Assembly: GCA_964609795.1 (NCBI GenBank)
Contig: CAZSTC010000003.1
Span: forward strand, 1-56,710
DNA from: an uncultured Verrucomicrobiota bacterium
GTDB taxonomy: Bacteria; Verrucomicrobiota; Verrucomicrobiia; Limisphaerales; UBA1412
Length of the DNA stretch: 56,710 bases
Direction: 5' to 3'
Positions within the stretch are counted from its first letter, which is position 1; the number at the start of each line of letters is the position of its first letter. A model generated the notes under the pieces. That model was not told the DNA's origin. It did not search any database and saw only the letters and a program-made list of their open reading frames with translations. Position numbers and translations under genes: made by a program. Shown here one piece after another: positions 8,686 through 18,059 of the stretch.

Positions 8686-10593
8686 TCAAAGTGAAAATAC
8701 AAAAGCTTCCAGTGCGCGAAGCTCAGGTTCTGTCAGGTGTTTTGTGTTTCCGTGAATGTTTTCCGGATTTCGAATGGTGAGCATTTCATAAATTGTCAGA
8801 GCCGAGCCATCATGAAGATATGGGGCAGTTCTCCATGTTTCTATTAAGGTTGGAGTATCGAACAATTGGTGAGGCTTATCACGCTCACTTGATGTCCCCA
8901 CATCATATTGTTTAGTGTCAGTGTAGAAAGTACCATTATGGCAGCGGGAGCATCCCACTTCAGGAGATTCAAAAAGTTTTTTCCCTTTCTCCGCTTCATC
9001 TGTGAGCTTCCCCATTTTTTCCAAATAGGGACTGGAAAGAGGTTGTAGAGATTTCAGATATTCATCAATTGCCTCTGCTTCAAATTCAGTGTGTTCTCTG
9101 AAAAGAATATAGCGAATACCAGAACGTACAGCCATCTCGGCTGTAGGCCGAATCCCCGTCGACATAGAGGGAGGAGTTTTGTGCGAGTGAAGTAGAGATT
9201 TCGTGTTTTTGGGATTTCCAATTCCATCGTTTATCAGATCCCAATTGAGACCGTCGATGCGGGCATCATACGAATGGCAGCTGGCACAGGACTGCCATTC
9301 CTGGTAACAAAGTTTGGCGTCATTAAACATTCTTTCTCCCCAGTATATTGGGATTTCTTCAGGTTTTTTGTCGAGAACGTTGCTCGATTGAAGGCTGATG
9401 CTTTCCACGGTTGGATGTAAGTTTTCACAATCTACAATATCCAGGGAGTCGCTAAAAAAATGCGCGACATAAATTTTATTACCGAAAACGCATAGTGAGC
9501 GTGGACCATTGCCTCCAAGGCCTACTCGCTCTCTATAGTCATTTAGAAACAAAAAATTGTTAAAGAGATTTAAACTTTCCTTCTCAGGAAGGGATGTTAT
9601 CTTTTCTATAAGCTTATTGAAGTAGATCACACTCAGCTCATGAGTGCCGGCGTGTGTTATGTATAAATTGCTTCCATCCTCCGACCATACGACTCCCCAC
9701 GGATTGGCAGCCCCACAATCTATCTGGTCTAAAAGAAGTGTACACATAAGCTCCTTCTTTCCCATATCTATTAAGGTGAATACATTACTATTCATCCAAC
9801 CTCGGTCAACGTGTGTCGCTGGTAAAGAAAACTTAGCCAGGAGATGCGCCACTACGGCATATTTGCCGCAAGGAGAAATCTTAATATTTCGCAACCCTAC
9901 AGAGCCATTTGGGAGTTGGATTTCATTAAGAAGATTTCCGCTTCGAGCATCCAGGATTGAAACGCTGCTTGCTACAGTTTTTGAATTTGCGGCCATACCA
10001 GGAAGAGAGTGAGAAATAGCTAGTAAGCTGCCATCGGGTGTAACATCAAGAGAAATGGGCTCTCGGTTGTTTGGTGAGATAGATGTCCGCTCGACAAAAT
10101 TTTTTGAGCCGTCCTTTGTCCTATAAGTTGCTACGGTTCCATCAAATTGATTGCATACAAATAAAAACTCTCCATCTTGACTAAGAACGGGACTGCTTAC
10201 GCCATAGCCTGCAGGCCAAGTGTCTATAAGATTTCCTTTTGGTAATTGATATACGCAAACATTGCCTGAACGTGGCATATTGTCTGAAGAGGTTACATAG
10301 AGCTTCTGAAATTTGCAGTCTAAAGTAAATCCTGTGGATTGGGGGTGAACTGGGATGCTGTGTTTTTGTTCCGGCCTGAGAACACGCACTTCGTTGGCAC
10401 CTGGGCAAAGCACGTAGAATTGCGAATCTGACGACACCGAAATCGCTGAGGGACGAAGCCAGCACATTTTATCATTTACAGCTGCTTGTCCCCAAACCAA
10501 GGCATTAGATAATAGCCAAGCCATACAACCGACCCCATACAGGGCCAGTCGTATTCGATTGAGTAGTGAAGCGGTAGCATCCACGAGAGACAT
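8686..10593 (-). CDS. exported YVTN-type beta-propeller fused to diheme cytochrome c peroxidase/MauG-like domain
   Basis: Signal-like N-terminus, repeated beta-propeller blades, CASCH and CSRCH heme motifs, FDTPTL...APYLHDGS. Confidence 0.8.
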   Translation of the reverse strand: MSLVDATASLLNRIRLALYGVGCMAWLLSNALVWGQAAVNDKMCWLRPSAISVSSDSQFYVLCPGANEVRVLRPEQKHSIPVHPQSTGFTLDCKFQKLYVTSSDNMPRSGNVCVYQLPKGNLIDTWPAGYGVSSPVLSQDGEFLFVCNQFDGTVATYRTKDGSKNFVERTSISPNNREPISLDVTPDGSLLAISHSLPGMAANSKTVASSVSILDARSGNLLNEIQLPNGSVGLRNIKISPCGKYAVVAHLLAKFSLPATHVDRGWMNSNVFTLIDMGKKELMCTLLLDQIDCGAANPWGVVWSEDGSNLYITHAGTHELSVIYFNKLIEKITSLPEKESLNLFNNFLFLNDYRERVGLGGNGPRSLCVFGNKIYVAHFFSDSLDIVDCENLHPTVESISLQSSNVLDKKPEEIPIYWGERMFNDAKLCYQEWQSCASCHSYDARIDGLNWDLINDGIGNPKNTKSLLHSHKTPPSMSTGIRPTAEMAVRSGIRYILFREHTEFEAEAIDEYLKSLQPLSSPYLEKMGKLTDEAEKGKKLFESPEVGCSRCHNGTFYTDTKQYDVGTSSERDKPHQLFDTPTLIETWRTAPYLHDGSALTIYEMLTIRNPENIHGNTKHLTEPELRALEAFVFSL

Positions 10594-10636
10594 TTTAAAA
10601 TGTGGGCTCTCTAATTCAATCTTTGTCTTTTATACC

Positions 10637-10700
10637 AGACGTGCGAAGACGGACAGTTCCATCCTCGCACGTCTCACTCTTGAGTTTTTTGAAAAACTCA
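10637..10700 (-). repeat. two tandem intergenic hairpins
   Basis: 17-bp stem with 4-nt loop (10637-10674; two G-U pairs on minus strand) and 9-bp inverted repeat TGAGTTTTT/AAAAACTCA (10681-10700). Confidence 0.75.
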
Positions 10701-10705
10701 GAAGG

Positions 10706-13204
10706 TTAATCCAGTGGGATAACCTGCCATTCGTGGATACCCACCGCAAATTTATCCTGCTGTTTTACCTTAACTCTCATCGCTTTTGTTACAACTGGTT
10801 TGTGAGTTATTTCTATCCATTTATCCAACTCAACTGAATAGGGGGTTGAAGCATTTACAGCTTTCCATAGTCCTTGTTCGTCTTGATACTCCAAAAGCCA
10901 GCTTACTGGAGGGCGGCATTCTCCCACACCCGTATCGTCAAACCAATAGACACGAGTCGTGGTTGTTTCAACGGGAGCATCCCAAGTATAAGAAACCCAT
11001 TCCTCACCACCTTTGTGTGGCCAGAAATGAGTTAACTGTCCGGTATGTTGATTGGATTTTTTAGGGAATTGGCCGTCTCGAATCCGATCCGGGTAGCAGT
11101 TATTGCTGGTGAAGGACAGGGTAACCTTTGCAGCCCCTTCCATGCCCTCAGAAGCTAATGCCTCCAAGCGAGGGGACATAGGCAACCAAACTTTCATAGG
11201 GCTGGCTTTACGATTATCCCAGGCATAGTAGGGTATGGCTTTAATTTTAGTAGCTCCCATGGTCGGCCCGCTTTTTGCAACGGTCTCCCCAGAATAAAAC
11301 TTTGTTACTTTCTTTTGTTGAGTGCCCGGGAAAGGCTGATATAGCTGATTCAACCACAGAACAGGTAGATTCGCGTAACGGGCATCGCCTTCCAGAACAG
11401 TGACTCCACCGAGAAGTTTTTTGTCGTGTTTAGCTGTAAATTTAGTTTCCGGGGGCAAATAGATGTCCTTAAGAGTGCTCTCTTGATCCATCTCTTCAAG
11501 ACAATAAACCACCGGCCCTCGTTGAATGGCTACCATTCCGTCGTCAGCTTTTACATTAGGGTGTGCTAAAATCAAGCTTGGCTTCATTTTGAAGTTATAA
11601 GTGATTGTGTCTCCCTTTTTCCACACCCGATTATAAACTTCATATCCACGGACCATCTGAGCATTTGAACCTGATGGAGCCGTTTTACTCACATTTTGAG
11701 CCCAAGAGGGGATACGTATGAACAAATCAAACTCTACAGGATCATCCATATCCATGATGAACTTAACTTTCCCATCCCAAGGATAATCGGTTTCTACGTG
11801 CATCTTAACCGGTTTACCTTTGATTTCCGTATTGAAGGAACCTTGAACAAACTGGTTTACATAGAGAGAGTTGTCTCCGGTGGCATACAGGTATTCTCCT
11901 AAAGAAGCCATAAGCCGGGCCACATTGGGCGGACAGCAAGCGCATCCGAACCAACTGGAGCGGTGATGGGAACCACTGCTCTCCAGTGGATTAACATAGA
12001 AGAAACGGTTGCCTTCAAGATTAACTCCAGAAATAAAGCCGTTATAAAGTGTCTGCTCCAGCACGTCGGCATACTTTGCATCGCCGTAGAGTAGTCCTAA
12101 GCGATGATTGAGCAATATCATAGCAACAGACGCACAAGTCTCTTGGTAGGCGCTGGCATTAGGGAGATCGTAATCTTCCGTGAATCCCTCATTGTGTGCA
12201 GAAGGTCCGATTCCACCCGTGATATAAAGATTCTTGTGAACAGTATTTTTCCAGACTCGACGCACCATTCGTAAGAGTTCTTCGTCCTGGGTTTCACGGC
12301 CTATGTCCACACAACCCGAAAGCAAATATGCGGCTCGAACAGCATGTCCCATAATACTTGTAGTATCATAGATGGAATCTTTATCCTGATGATAATCGCC
12401 CACATACTGATCCATCGGAATATTGTGTTCTTTTGCGAAAAATTTCTCACCCCTGTGTACTGTAAAGAAACGTGCCAGCTTTAAATAGCGATCATTGCCT
12501 GTCGCTTTCCAAAGCTTTACCAAGGCCAACTCAATCTCAGGGTGCCCGGCATACCCAGCCCGTTTTCCGGGCTCGTCACCGAAGACAGAATCAATACAGT
12601 CAGCAAGCTTGATAGCTACATTCAGGAAGTTTTTCTTATTTGTTGCTTGATAATGAGCGACTGCGGCTTCAAACAGATGCCCGGCACAATAAAGTTCGTG
12701 AGCATCGCGCAGGTTTTTCCACCGCCGATCAGGCTCAACGACTGTGAAATAAGTGTTCAGATATCCATCGGAACCCTGAGCGCTGGCGATGATTTGAATA
12801 ATTCGATCCATTTCAGCATCCAGCTCGGGTGTATAATCAGTCGCTAATGTGTATGCAGCAGCTTCTAATCCTTTATAAAGGTCTGAGTCCATGAAAAGGG
12901 GGCCTTTGTAGCCCTCATGTTTCCCTTGGGCAGCTAATTTGAAATTGCCTATATTTCCGGCTTTTTCAAGGTTATCCAGGTTAGCGGCGATAGATGCGAG
13001 ACGGTTTGTGTCACGCTTTGGGCCCCAAAAATCACTGGTAATAATAACTTGTGTAAAGGGAACTGCCTGCAACCGGGCTTCCGACAAAACAGAAGAGTCA
13101 GCTTTTTCTGGAGAATCTGCAGCGGAACAGGCTCCTGTTCCTATGACACACAACAGGCTTATGACAAAGCCATTCCAAATTTTTTTTGTTTTTTTATTTT
13201 TCAT
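10706..13204 (-). CDS. GH127 beta-L-arabinofuranosidase-like glycoside hydrolase with C-terminal discoidin/CBM-like domain
   Basis: DSDLYKGLE, HELYCAGHL, GHAVRA, YQETCASVA, CACCPPN; signal peptide from ATG 13204 (ORF track starts at TTG 13228). Confidence 0.9.
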   Translation of the reverse strand: MKNKKTKKIWNGFVISLLCVIGTGACSAADSPEKADSSVLSEARLQAVPFTQVIITSDFWGPKRDTNRLASIAANLDNLEKAGNIGNFKLAAQGKHEGYKGPLFMDSDLYKGLEAAAYTLATDYTPELDAEMDRIIQIIASAQGSDGYLNTYFTVVEPDRRWKNLRDAHELYCAGHLFEAAVAHYQATNKKNFLNVAIKLADCIDSVFGDEPGKRAGYAGHPEIELALVKLWKATGNDRYLKLARFFTVHRGEKFFAKEHNIPMDQYVGDYHQDKDSIYDTTSIMGHAVRAAYLLSGCVDIGRETQDEELLRMVRRVWKNTVHKNLYITGGIGPSAHNEGFTEDYDLPNASAYQETCASVAMILLNHRLGLLYGDAKYADVLEQTLYNGFISGVNLEGNRFFYVNPLESSGSHHRSSWFGCACCPPNVARLMASLGEYLYATGDNSLYVNQFVQGSFNTEIKGKPVKMHVETDYPWDGKVKFIMDMDDPVEFDLFIRIPSWAQNVSKTAPSGSNAQMVRGYEVYNRVWKKGDTITYNFKMKPSLILAHPNVKADDGMVAIQRGPVVYCLEEMDQESTLKDIYLPPETKFTAKHDKKLLGGVTVLEGDARYANLPVLWLNQLYQPFPGTQQKKVTKFYSGETVAKSGPTMGATKIKAIPYYAWDNRKASPMKVWLPMSPRLEALASEGMEGAAKVTLSFTSNNCYPDRIRDGQFPKKSNQHTGQLTHFWPHKGGEEWVSYTWDAPVETTTTRVYWFDDTGVGECRPPVSWLLEYQDEQGLWKAVNASTPYSVELDKWIEITHKPVVTKAMRVKVKQQDKFAVGIHEWQVIPLD

Positions 13205-13301
13205 TTCAAAATGGCAAATTAATGCCAAAAGCGTTAAGACTGGATTCTCTCTGTTATCTTAGCATGATGCAAGACTTAATTGGAAAAACAACACTCACAG
13301 G

Positions 13302-13329
13302 TTGACAAAAAGCCGCATTTTGATAGAAT
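13302..13329 (+). promoter_or_regulatory. sigma70 promoter of tRNA-Gly
   Basis: TTGACA-N16-TAGAAT with extended -10 TG. Confidence 0.7.
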
Positions 13330-13352
13330 CCGCATCACGTTCTACGTTGAGA

Positions 13353-13426
13353 GCGGGTGTAGCTTAGTGGTAAAGCTCCAGCCTTCCAAGCTGGCCATGT
13401 GGGTCCGATTCCCATCACCCGCTCCA
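13353..13426 (+). tRNA. tRNA-Gly (TCC)
   Basis: Cloverleaf: acceptor GCGGGTG/CACCCGC, anticodon arm CCAGC-CTTCCAA-GCTGG, U73, encoded CCA; T-loop TCCGATT. Confidence 0.95.
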
Positions 13427-13480
13427 TTTTTTTGATTCATCCTTTTCAAAGCAATTAAATGTTCATTAATTAATCCTTTA

Positions 13481-13520
13481 AAGAAAAACGCTTGCAAAAC
13501 TTTTTTGAATTGCAAGCGTT
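13481..13520 (-). terminator. intrinsic terminator downstream of cytochrome c peroxidase
   Basis: AACGCTTGCAA/TTGCAAGCGTT 11-bp inverted repeat followed by T-rich run on minus strand. Confidence 0.7.
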
Positions 13521-13538
13521 CTGGTTTAAAAAGGTACG

Positions 13539-14561
13539 TTATTTTTGAACTTCAGCTTTTACACGCCCTTTACCGGTCAGGGTTTTCAAAAAAGTGACAA
13601 TTTCTTCTTTTTCCGTAGAATTAAGTCCTTGTTTGCTTCTTGCAAAGCCCATTAGATCAACAGCTTGTTCTAAAGTTTCCACTTTCCCATCGTGGAAGTA
13701 AGGCGCTGTGATTGCAACATTTCTCAAAGGAGAGGTTCTGAACTTATATTTATCAGATGTCCTCTGGGTTGCATCAAAACGACCCAAGTCTGTTTTATTA
13801 GGATAAGGTTTGTTGAGATCAACCCTATAAAAATTTTCTCCTCCGAGCAGGGGGCCGGTATGACACGTAGCGCATTCTTTTGACAAAAAGGTGGATAACC
13901 CTTTGAGTTCATCCGCATTTAACGCTTGATCGTTCCCATTGAGGAAGTCGTCAAAACGATCTTTAGTATTGAGAGTGCGCTCAAATGCAGCAATAGCCTT
14001 TGCAACGTTATGGAAGGTCAAAGAGGGTTTATCATCGGGAAATGCCTCTGTAAACTCTTTGAGATAGAGAGCATCCTTTGCGAGTTTATCTTCTACAGAC
14101 TTCTCATCAGGCATTTTCATCTCCACCGGGTTTAAAATCGGCCCTTTAGCTTGTTCAACCAAATCAGGGGCTCTTCCATCCCAAAACTGAACCCCAAGGA
14201 ATCCCGAGTTCAGTACAGTAGGCGAATTGCGTGTACCTTTAGCCCCTCCCACACCATCTGAAATAGGTTTCCCATCATCACCAGCTTGATTCTTATCTAT
14301 CAAGTGGCAGGTGTTACAGGAAATGGTGTCGTCGAGCGAAAGTTTGACATCGAAGTAGAGCTTCTCACCCAAAGCAATTTGTTTAGGAGTGTCATTCTCC
14401 GCTCCGGGAGCTTGGGCTGGAATGGTTGATATTTGCTCTAACACTTGTTCTCGCAGGACGTTAGGTTTTAGAACCGGATCCGCTGAAAAGGCCTTAAAGG
14501 GAAAAAGTGCAACAGTAGCTGCACAGGAAATACAAAAAAGAGGTCTAATAATATTTTTCAT
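13539..14561 (-). CDS. diheme cytochrome c peroxidase
   Basis: Signal peptide, LGEKLYFD..LS, CNTCH, RNSPTVLNS, QFWDGRA, PVEM, CATCH, PLRNVAITAPYFHDG. Confidence 0.92.
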   Translation of the reverse strand: MKNIIRPLFCISCAATVALFPFKAFSADPVLKPNVLREQVLEQISTIPAQAPGAENDTPKQIALGEKLYFDVKLSLDDTISCNTCHLIDKNQAGDDGKPISDGVGGAKGTRNSPTVLNSGFLGVQFWDGRAPDLVEQAKGPILNPVEMKMPDEKSVEDKLAKDALYLKEFTEAFPDDKPSLTFHNVAKAIAAFERTLNTKDRFDDFLNGNDQALNADELKGLSTFLSKECATCHTGPLLGGENFYRVDLNKPYPNKTDLGRFDATQRTSDKYKFRTSPLRNVAITAPYFHDGKVETLEQAVDLMGFARSKQGLNSTEKEEIVTFLKTLTGKGRVKAEVQK

Positions 14562-14620
14562 AATCTGATTAAGCTCTTTTACTAAATATGTTAAAATAAT
14601 GAGGCGTCAATAATTTAATT

Positions 14621-16048
14621 TTAGCTTGTTTCCCCATATCGCTTATCAGCCGGGGGGAGTTCTCGTTGAATTTCATTTATGCGGTAACCAAAGCCGGAAC
14701 CGCGAATGGACGAAATATCTACCATCCCATAGCGACGGCTGTATATTCCCAGGTGGACTTTAAGTTCGGGTTCGGAGGTTTCCGGGTAAAACTGCATGGA
14801 CGTAGTCTCTACTCCCATGAGAGTCTGAAAGTTTGCTGCAAGGAGAAGATGTGGAATTTGGGCAATCATCGGATTGCTCAGATCACTGACCATGAGAGGC
14901 ATTCCGTGGGCACTGGCCCAACACGCAGCGAGAATGGCTGAAGTTTGAGAGCGTGCTATTTTGACGGATAGACCGGTCCAACCTAGCTGACGGGCTCTGC
15001 GGAGTATTCGCCAATTATGCGCTCCTTCGTCCAAAAATAACGGCTTTCTCCACGAAACCTGATGAACATCCAAGGGGTTTTCTTCTAAGTTTGGGCTGAA
15101 AGGCTGCTCAAGGTGCAAAAGCATCCCGAAAATACGGGGATGATAATCCCGTATTCGATCCAGGATTGCACTTAAATACTCGGCATGGGTTACTTGTCCA
15201 TTGAAGTCAGCACAGAGCCAGTTAACTCCTTGCTCAATTCCCACGCGTCCCACTTGGACAATTCGGTCATAGTCCCAAGCGCTGTCATTGCCACGGAGCT
15301 TAACCTTCAAGCATTTTAGACCATCACTTCGCACCCAATCTCCCAAAAAAGTGGGATACCTGTCACGAACGGTATCGGAAGAAATATCCCCGGAATCCAA
15401 CAGGTCAGATTCTCCAACCAAGTGCCAAACTCTTATTTGTTCGCAGCGATTGGATAAAAAGAAATTTGAGGGGAATACCCCTTTAAAATTAACCCCCGAA
15501 TCGGGAGCAGGCTCCATAAAAAAGGAGAGATCACGACGCAAGTTATCGGGTCCGTAAAGCTCATAGATAGGCCTTTGGAGTAAGTTACCGAATGCGTCAT
15601 GCAAAGCTATGTCAAAGGGAGCATTGCAGAGAAGAGCTGCAAGACGAGGCATGGGTTCTCGATTCGCTCTCTTTTTTAAGTTGAAATCTTCCAATATGCC
15701 GGAAAGTTCTTTTTCCTGGAATTCCCATCCAATCTCCAAAGGATGCCCAACCCCAATAAACTGAGGCCACTCCTCTGCGAGTTGTCGGCATAAATCTTCC
15801 ATGGCTGCAATTCGCTCTTCCATGCTCAAAGAACTACTCCCACTTCCCCAGCACCAGGAAGCATTCAACGGTACCTCACCCCAACCTTCCGCTTTGTTTC
15901 CCAAAGTATCAATCACATTCAGTTTTACTCGGGCACAAATCACGGTAGTCAGGGTTTCCCTGCCTAGTTTTAATGGGATGCGGGCTTTAACCGGAAGAAA
16001 GTAAAGCTCCGCTCCTACGACCCGGACACGTCTATAATCTTTCCGCAT
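14621..16048 (-). CDS. enolase superfamily (mandelate racemase/muconate lactonizing-like) enzyme
   Basis: GWGEVP in N-domain, KVKLRG (KxK), metal-ligand positions in ADFN, LEQP and LDE. Confidence 0.75.
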   Translation of the reverse strand: MRKDYRRVRVVGAELYFLPVKARIPLKLGRETLTTVICARVKLNVIDTLGNKAEGWGEVPLNASWCWGSGSSSLSMEERIAAMEDLCRQLAEEWPQFIGVGHPLEIGWEFQEKELSGILEDFNLKKRANREPMPRLAALLCNAPFDIALHDAFGNLLQRPIYELYGPDNLRRDLSFFMEPAPDSGVNFKGVFPSNFFLSNRCEQIRVWHLVGESDLLDSGDISSDTVRDRYPTFLGDWVRSDGLKCLKVKLRGNDSAWDYDRIVQVGRVGIEQGVNWLCADFNGQVTHAEYLSAILDRIRDYHPRIFGMLLHLEQPFSPNLEENPLDVHQVSWRKPLFLDEGAHNWRILRRARQLGWTGLSVKIARSQTSAILAACWASAHGMPLMVSDLSNPMIAQIPHLLLAANFQTLMGVETTSMQFYPETSEPELKVHLGIYSRRYGMVDISSIRGSGFGYRINEIQRELPPADKRYGETS

Positions 16049-16338
16049 AATTTTTTATCAACGGCATTTTGTTAAAAATCAAAAACATTTTGTTCTGCTC
16101 GGTCGCGCCTAACTCGTTGAGCGTTTATTCGTTAATTCAGTGAATCTTCGAACAGAAAGTTTTTTGCTACACAGGCCGCTCTTCAGCCAGAACCGATATG
16201 CATGAATGGTACTCTAATTCTAACAAATCTCAAGACTAAAAGGGGGCAGATGAAGAAAATTTGACGAATATTTCCTTATTTACTCATCCAAAGCAGGTTA
16301 CGGGATAAGGAGGGAAAAAACTCTTTCTAAGCTCTCAC

Positions 16339-16366
16339 TTGACTTACCTCACGAATTTCATATAGT
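16339..16366 (+). promoter_or_regulatory. sigma70 promoter of bamD-lptE
   Basis: TTGACT-N16-TATAGT ending 11 nt before ATG 16378. Confidence 0.55.
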
Positions 16367-16377
16367 ATCAGTTTGTT

Positions 16378-17385
16378 ATGAGTCGTTGGGCCATTTTGCT
16401 TGGAATCGCTATGTTACTGACGCTGAGTATCCCCTCCAGATGCCCAGCGCCGCTTGTGTACCGTCCCGGAGAAGGATGGACTTATGAGCCAGTCGGAGGC
16501 AGCAAATGGGAGCGCACAAGGGCAGCCGATCAAATGGATGTGGCTGAGACTTCGTTTGAAAAAAAGGATTACTTTGTAGCCCAAAAAGCCGCGAGAAGGG
16601 TTGTTAAACATTGGCCGCTTTCTGATTACGCACCTCGTGCTCAGTATCTCTTGGCTCGCTGTTTGGAAGAGCGGAAGATGGATGAAAGAGCTTTTAATCA
16701 GTATCAGCTGCTTCTGGACAAATACCCAAAATACGAAGGATACAACGAGGTTGTCGAGCGACAGCTTATGATCGCCAACCGCTTTCTGGCAGGACAATGG
16801 TTTAAGCTCTGGGGATATATTCCGATTGGGTCTTCTATGGACCGAACCGCAAAGCTTTACGAGCAAATTGTTAAAAAAGCTCCCTACCATGAAACGGTGG
16901 GACCCCAAGCACAAATGAGCATTGGCACCGCCAGAGAAAACCAAAAAAATTATTTAAAAGCATCTAAAGCCTATGAGCTGGCTGCTGATCGTTACAGTGA
17001 TCGGCCCAGAGTTGCATCTGAAGCGCTCTGGAAAGCAGGCGAAGCCAATCGCAAACAAGCTGCCGAAGCGGAGTACGATCAAGGAGCATCTGTTCGAGCC
17101 ATTGAAACTTATAATGACTTTATAGCTTTATTCCCTGAAGATTCCCGCCTGCCCCAAGCCAGGGATAATATTATTGAGTTAAGGACTGAGCAGGCGCGAG
17201 GCAGCTATATTGTTGCCAAATTTTATGAGAAGTATCATAGGTATCAGAGTGCTTTAATTTACTATAATGAAGTGCTGATTAAGGATCCTGAATCTTCCTA
17301 TGCACCCTACGCACGTGAGCGCATGGAGGTGCTCAAAAAACGGATAGCTGAGCGCGAGGCTGCCAAGCAAAAGGGCTCCGAGTAA
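16378..17385 (+). CDS. bamD: outer membrane protein assembly factor BamD-like TPR protein
   Basis: TPR helices, YDQGASVRAIETYNDFIALFPEDS, YIVAKFYEK..RYQSALIYYNEVLIKDPES; adjacent to lptE. Confidence 0.75.
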   Translation: MSRWAILLGIAMLLTLSIPSRCPAPLVYRPGEGWTYEPVGGSKWERTRAADQMDVAETSFEKKDYFVAQKAARRVVKHWPLSDYAPRAQYLLARCLEERKMDERAFNQYQLLLDKYPKYEGYNEVVERQLMIANRFLAGQWFKLWGYIPIGSSMDRTAKLYEQIVKKAPYHETVGPQAQMSIGTARENQKNYLKASKAYELAADRYSDRPRVASEALWKAGEANRKQAAEAEYDQGASVRAIETYNDFIALFPEDSRLPQARDNIIELRTEQARGSYIVAKFYEKYHRYQSALIYYNEVLIKDPESSYAPYARERMEVLKKRIAEREAAKQKGSE

Positions 17386-17408
17386 ACCTGACAATTCTGA
17401 AATAAGAG

Positions 17409-17942
17409 ATGTTTTCTTTAAACCGGTTTTTTTTCCCCCTTCAGCTTTGTATTACCCTCTGTTGGTTAGTTGGGTGTGCCGGTTACCAACTGGGGCCGCC
17501 GGCAGGACAAGTGTCCGGAGGCAATAGCGTTGAGGTAGCGCGTTTCAGAAATGAAACACTGGAGCCTCGTTTGAGCGAATATTTAATGAGCCCCTTGCGT
17601 CGTTCCATACAGCAGGATGGAACCTACTGGCTTTGCACAGAACGTGATTCGAGTGATTATGTTTTAGAAGGGGTTATAACAAATTTTGAAAGAAGAGGAA
17701 TTGGCTCTTATCCCAGCGAAGTGATGGTTCGCGTGGATGAATATATCATCATTTCGGTTAAGATATTATTGAGGGAGAGGGCTACCGGTAAAATTATTCT
17801 AGAACAGGATTTTTCCGGGAGCACTACTTTGCCCATTGGCGCTGATCAGACCAGTGCAGAACGGCAACATATTCCCGTTGCGATGGAAAACCTGGCACGG
17901 GATATTGCTTCTATTTTGGGGGATGGTAGAATCAAGGACTAG
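17409..17942 (+). CDS. lptE: LPS assembly lipoprotein LptE family
   Basis: Lipobox LVGC then AGYQLG, FRNETLEPRL, DYVLEGVIT, C-terminal helix ENLARDI. Confidence 0.75.
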   Translation: MFSLNRFFFPLQLCITLCWLVGCAGYQLGPPAGQVSGGNSVEVARFRNETLEPRLSEYLMSPLRRSIQQDGTYWLCTERDSSDYVLEGVITNFERRGIGSYPSEVMVRVDEYIIISVKILLRERATGKIILEQDFSGSTTLPIGADQTSAERQHIPVAMENLARDIASILGDGRIKD

Positions 17943-18059
17943 AGTCTGTTTATCTTCCCGGTTCCATTTATCTTTTAACTTCTTTTACTTGCTTTTTTCT
18001 TATAAAGGATTTAGCTTATCCCATAGCCAGGCTTTTCTTGGCATTAAACCAAATATTAT

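Noticed and set aside
8686-10593. Hydrazine synthase / anammox function
   Set aside because: Only the architecture is similar; no hzsA, hao or other anammox context
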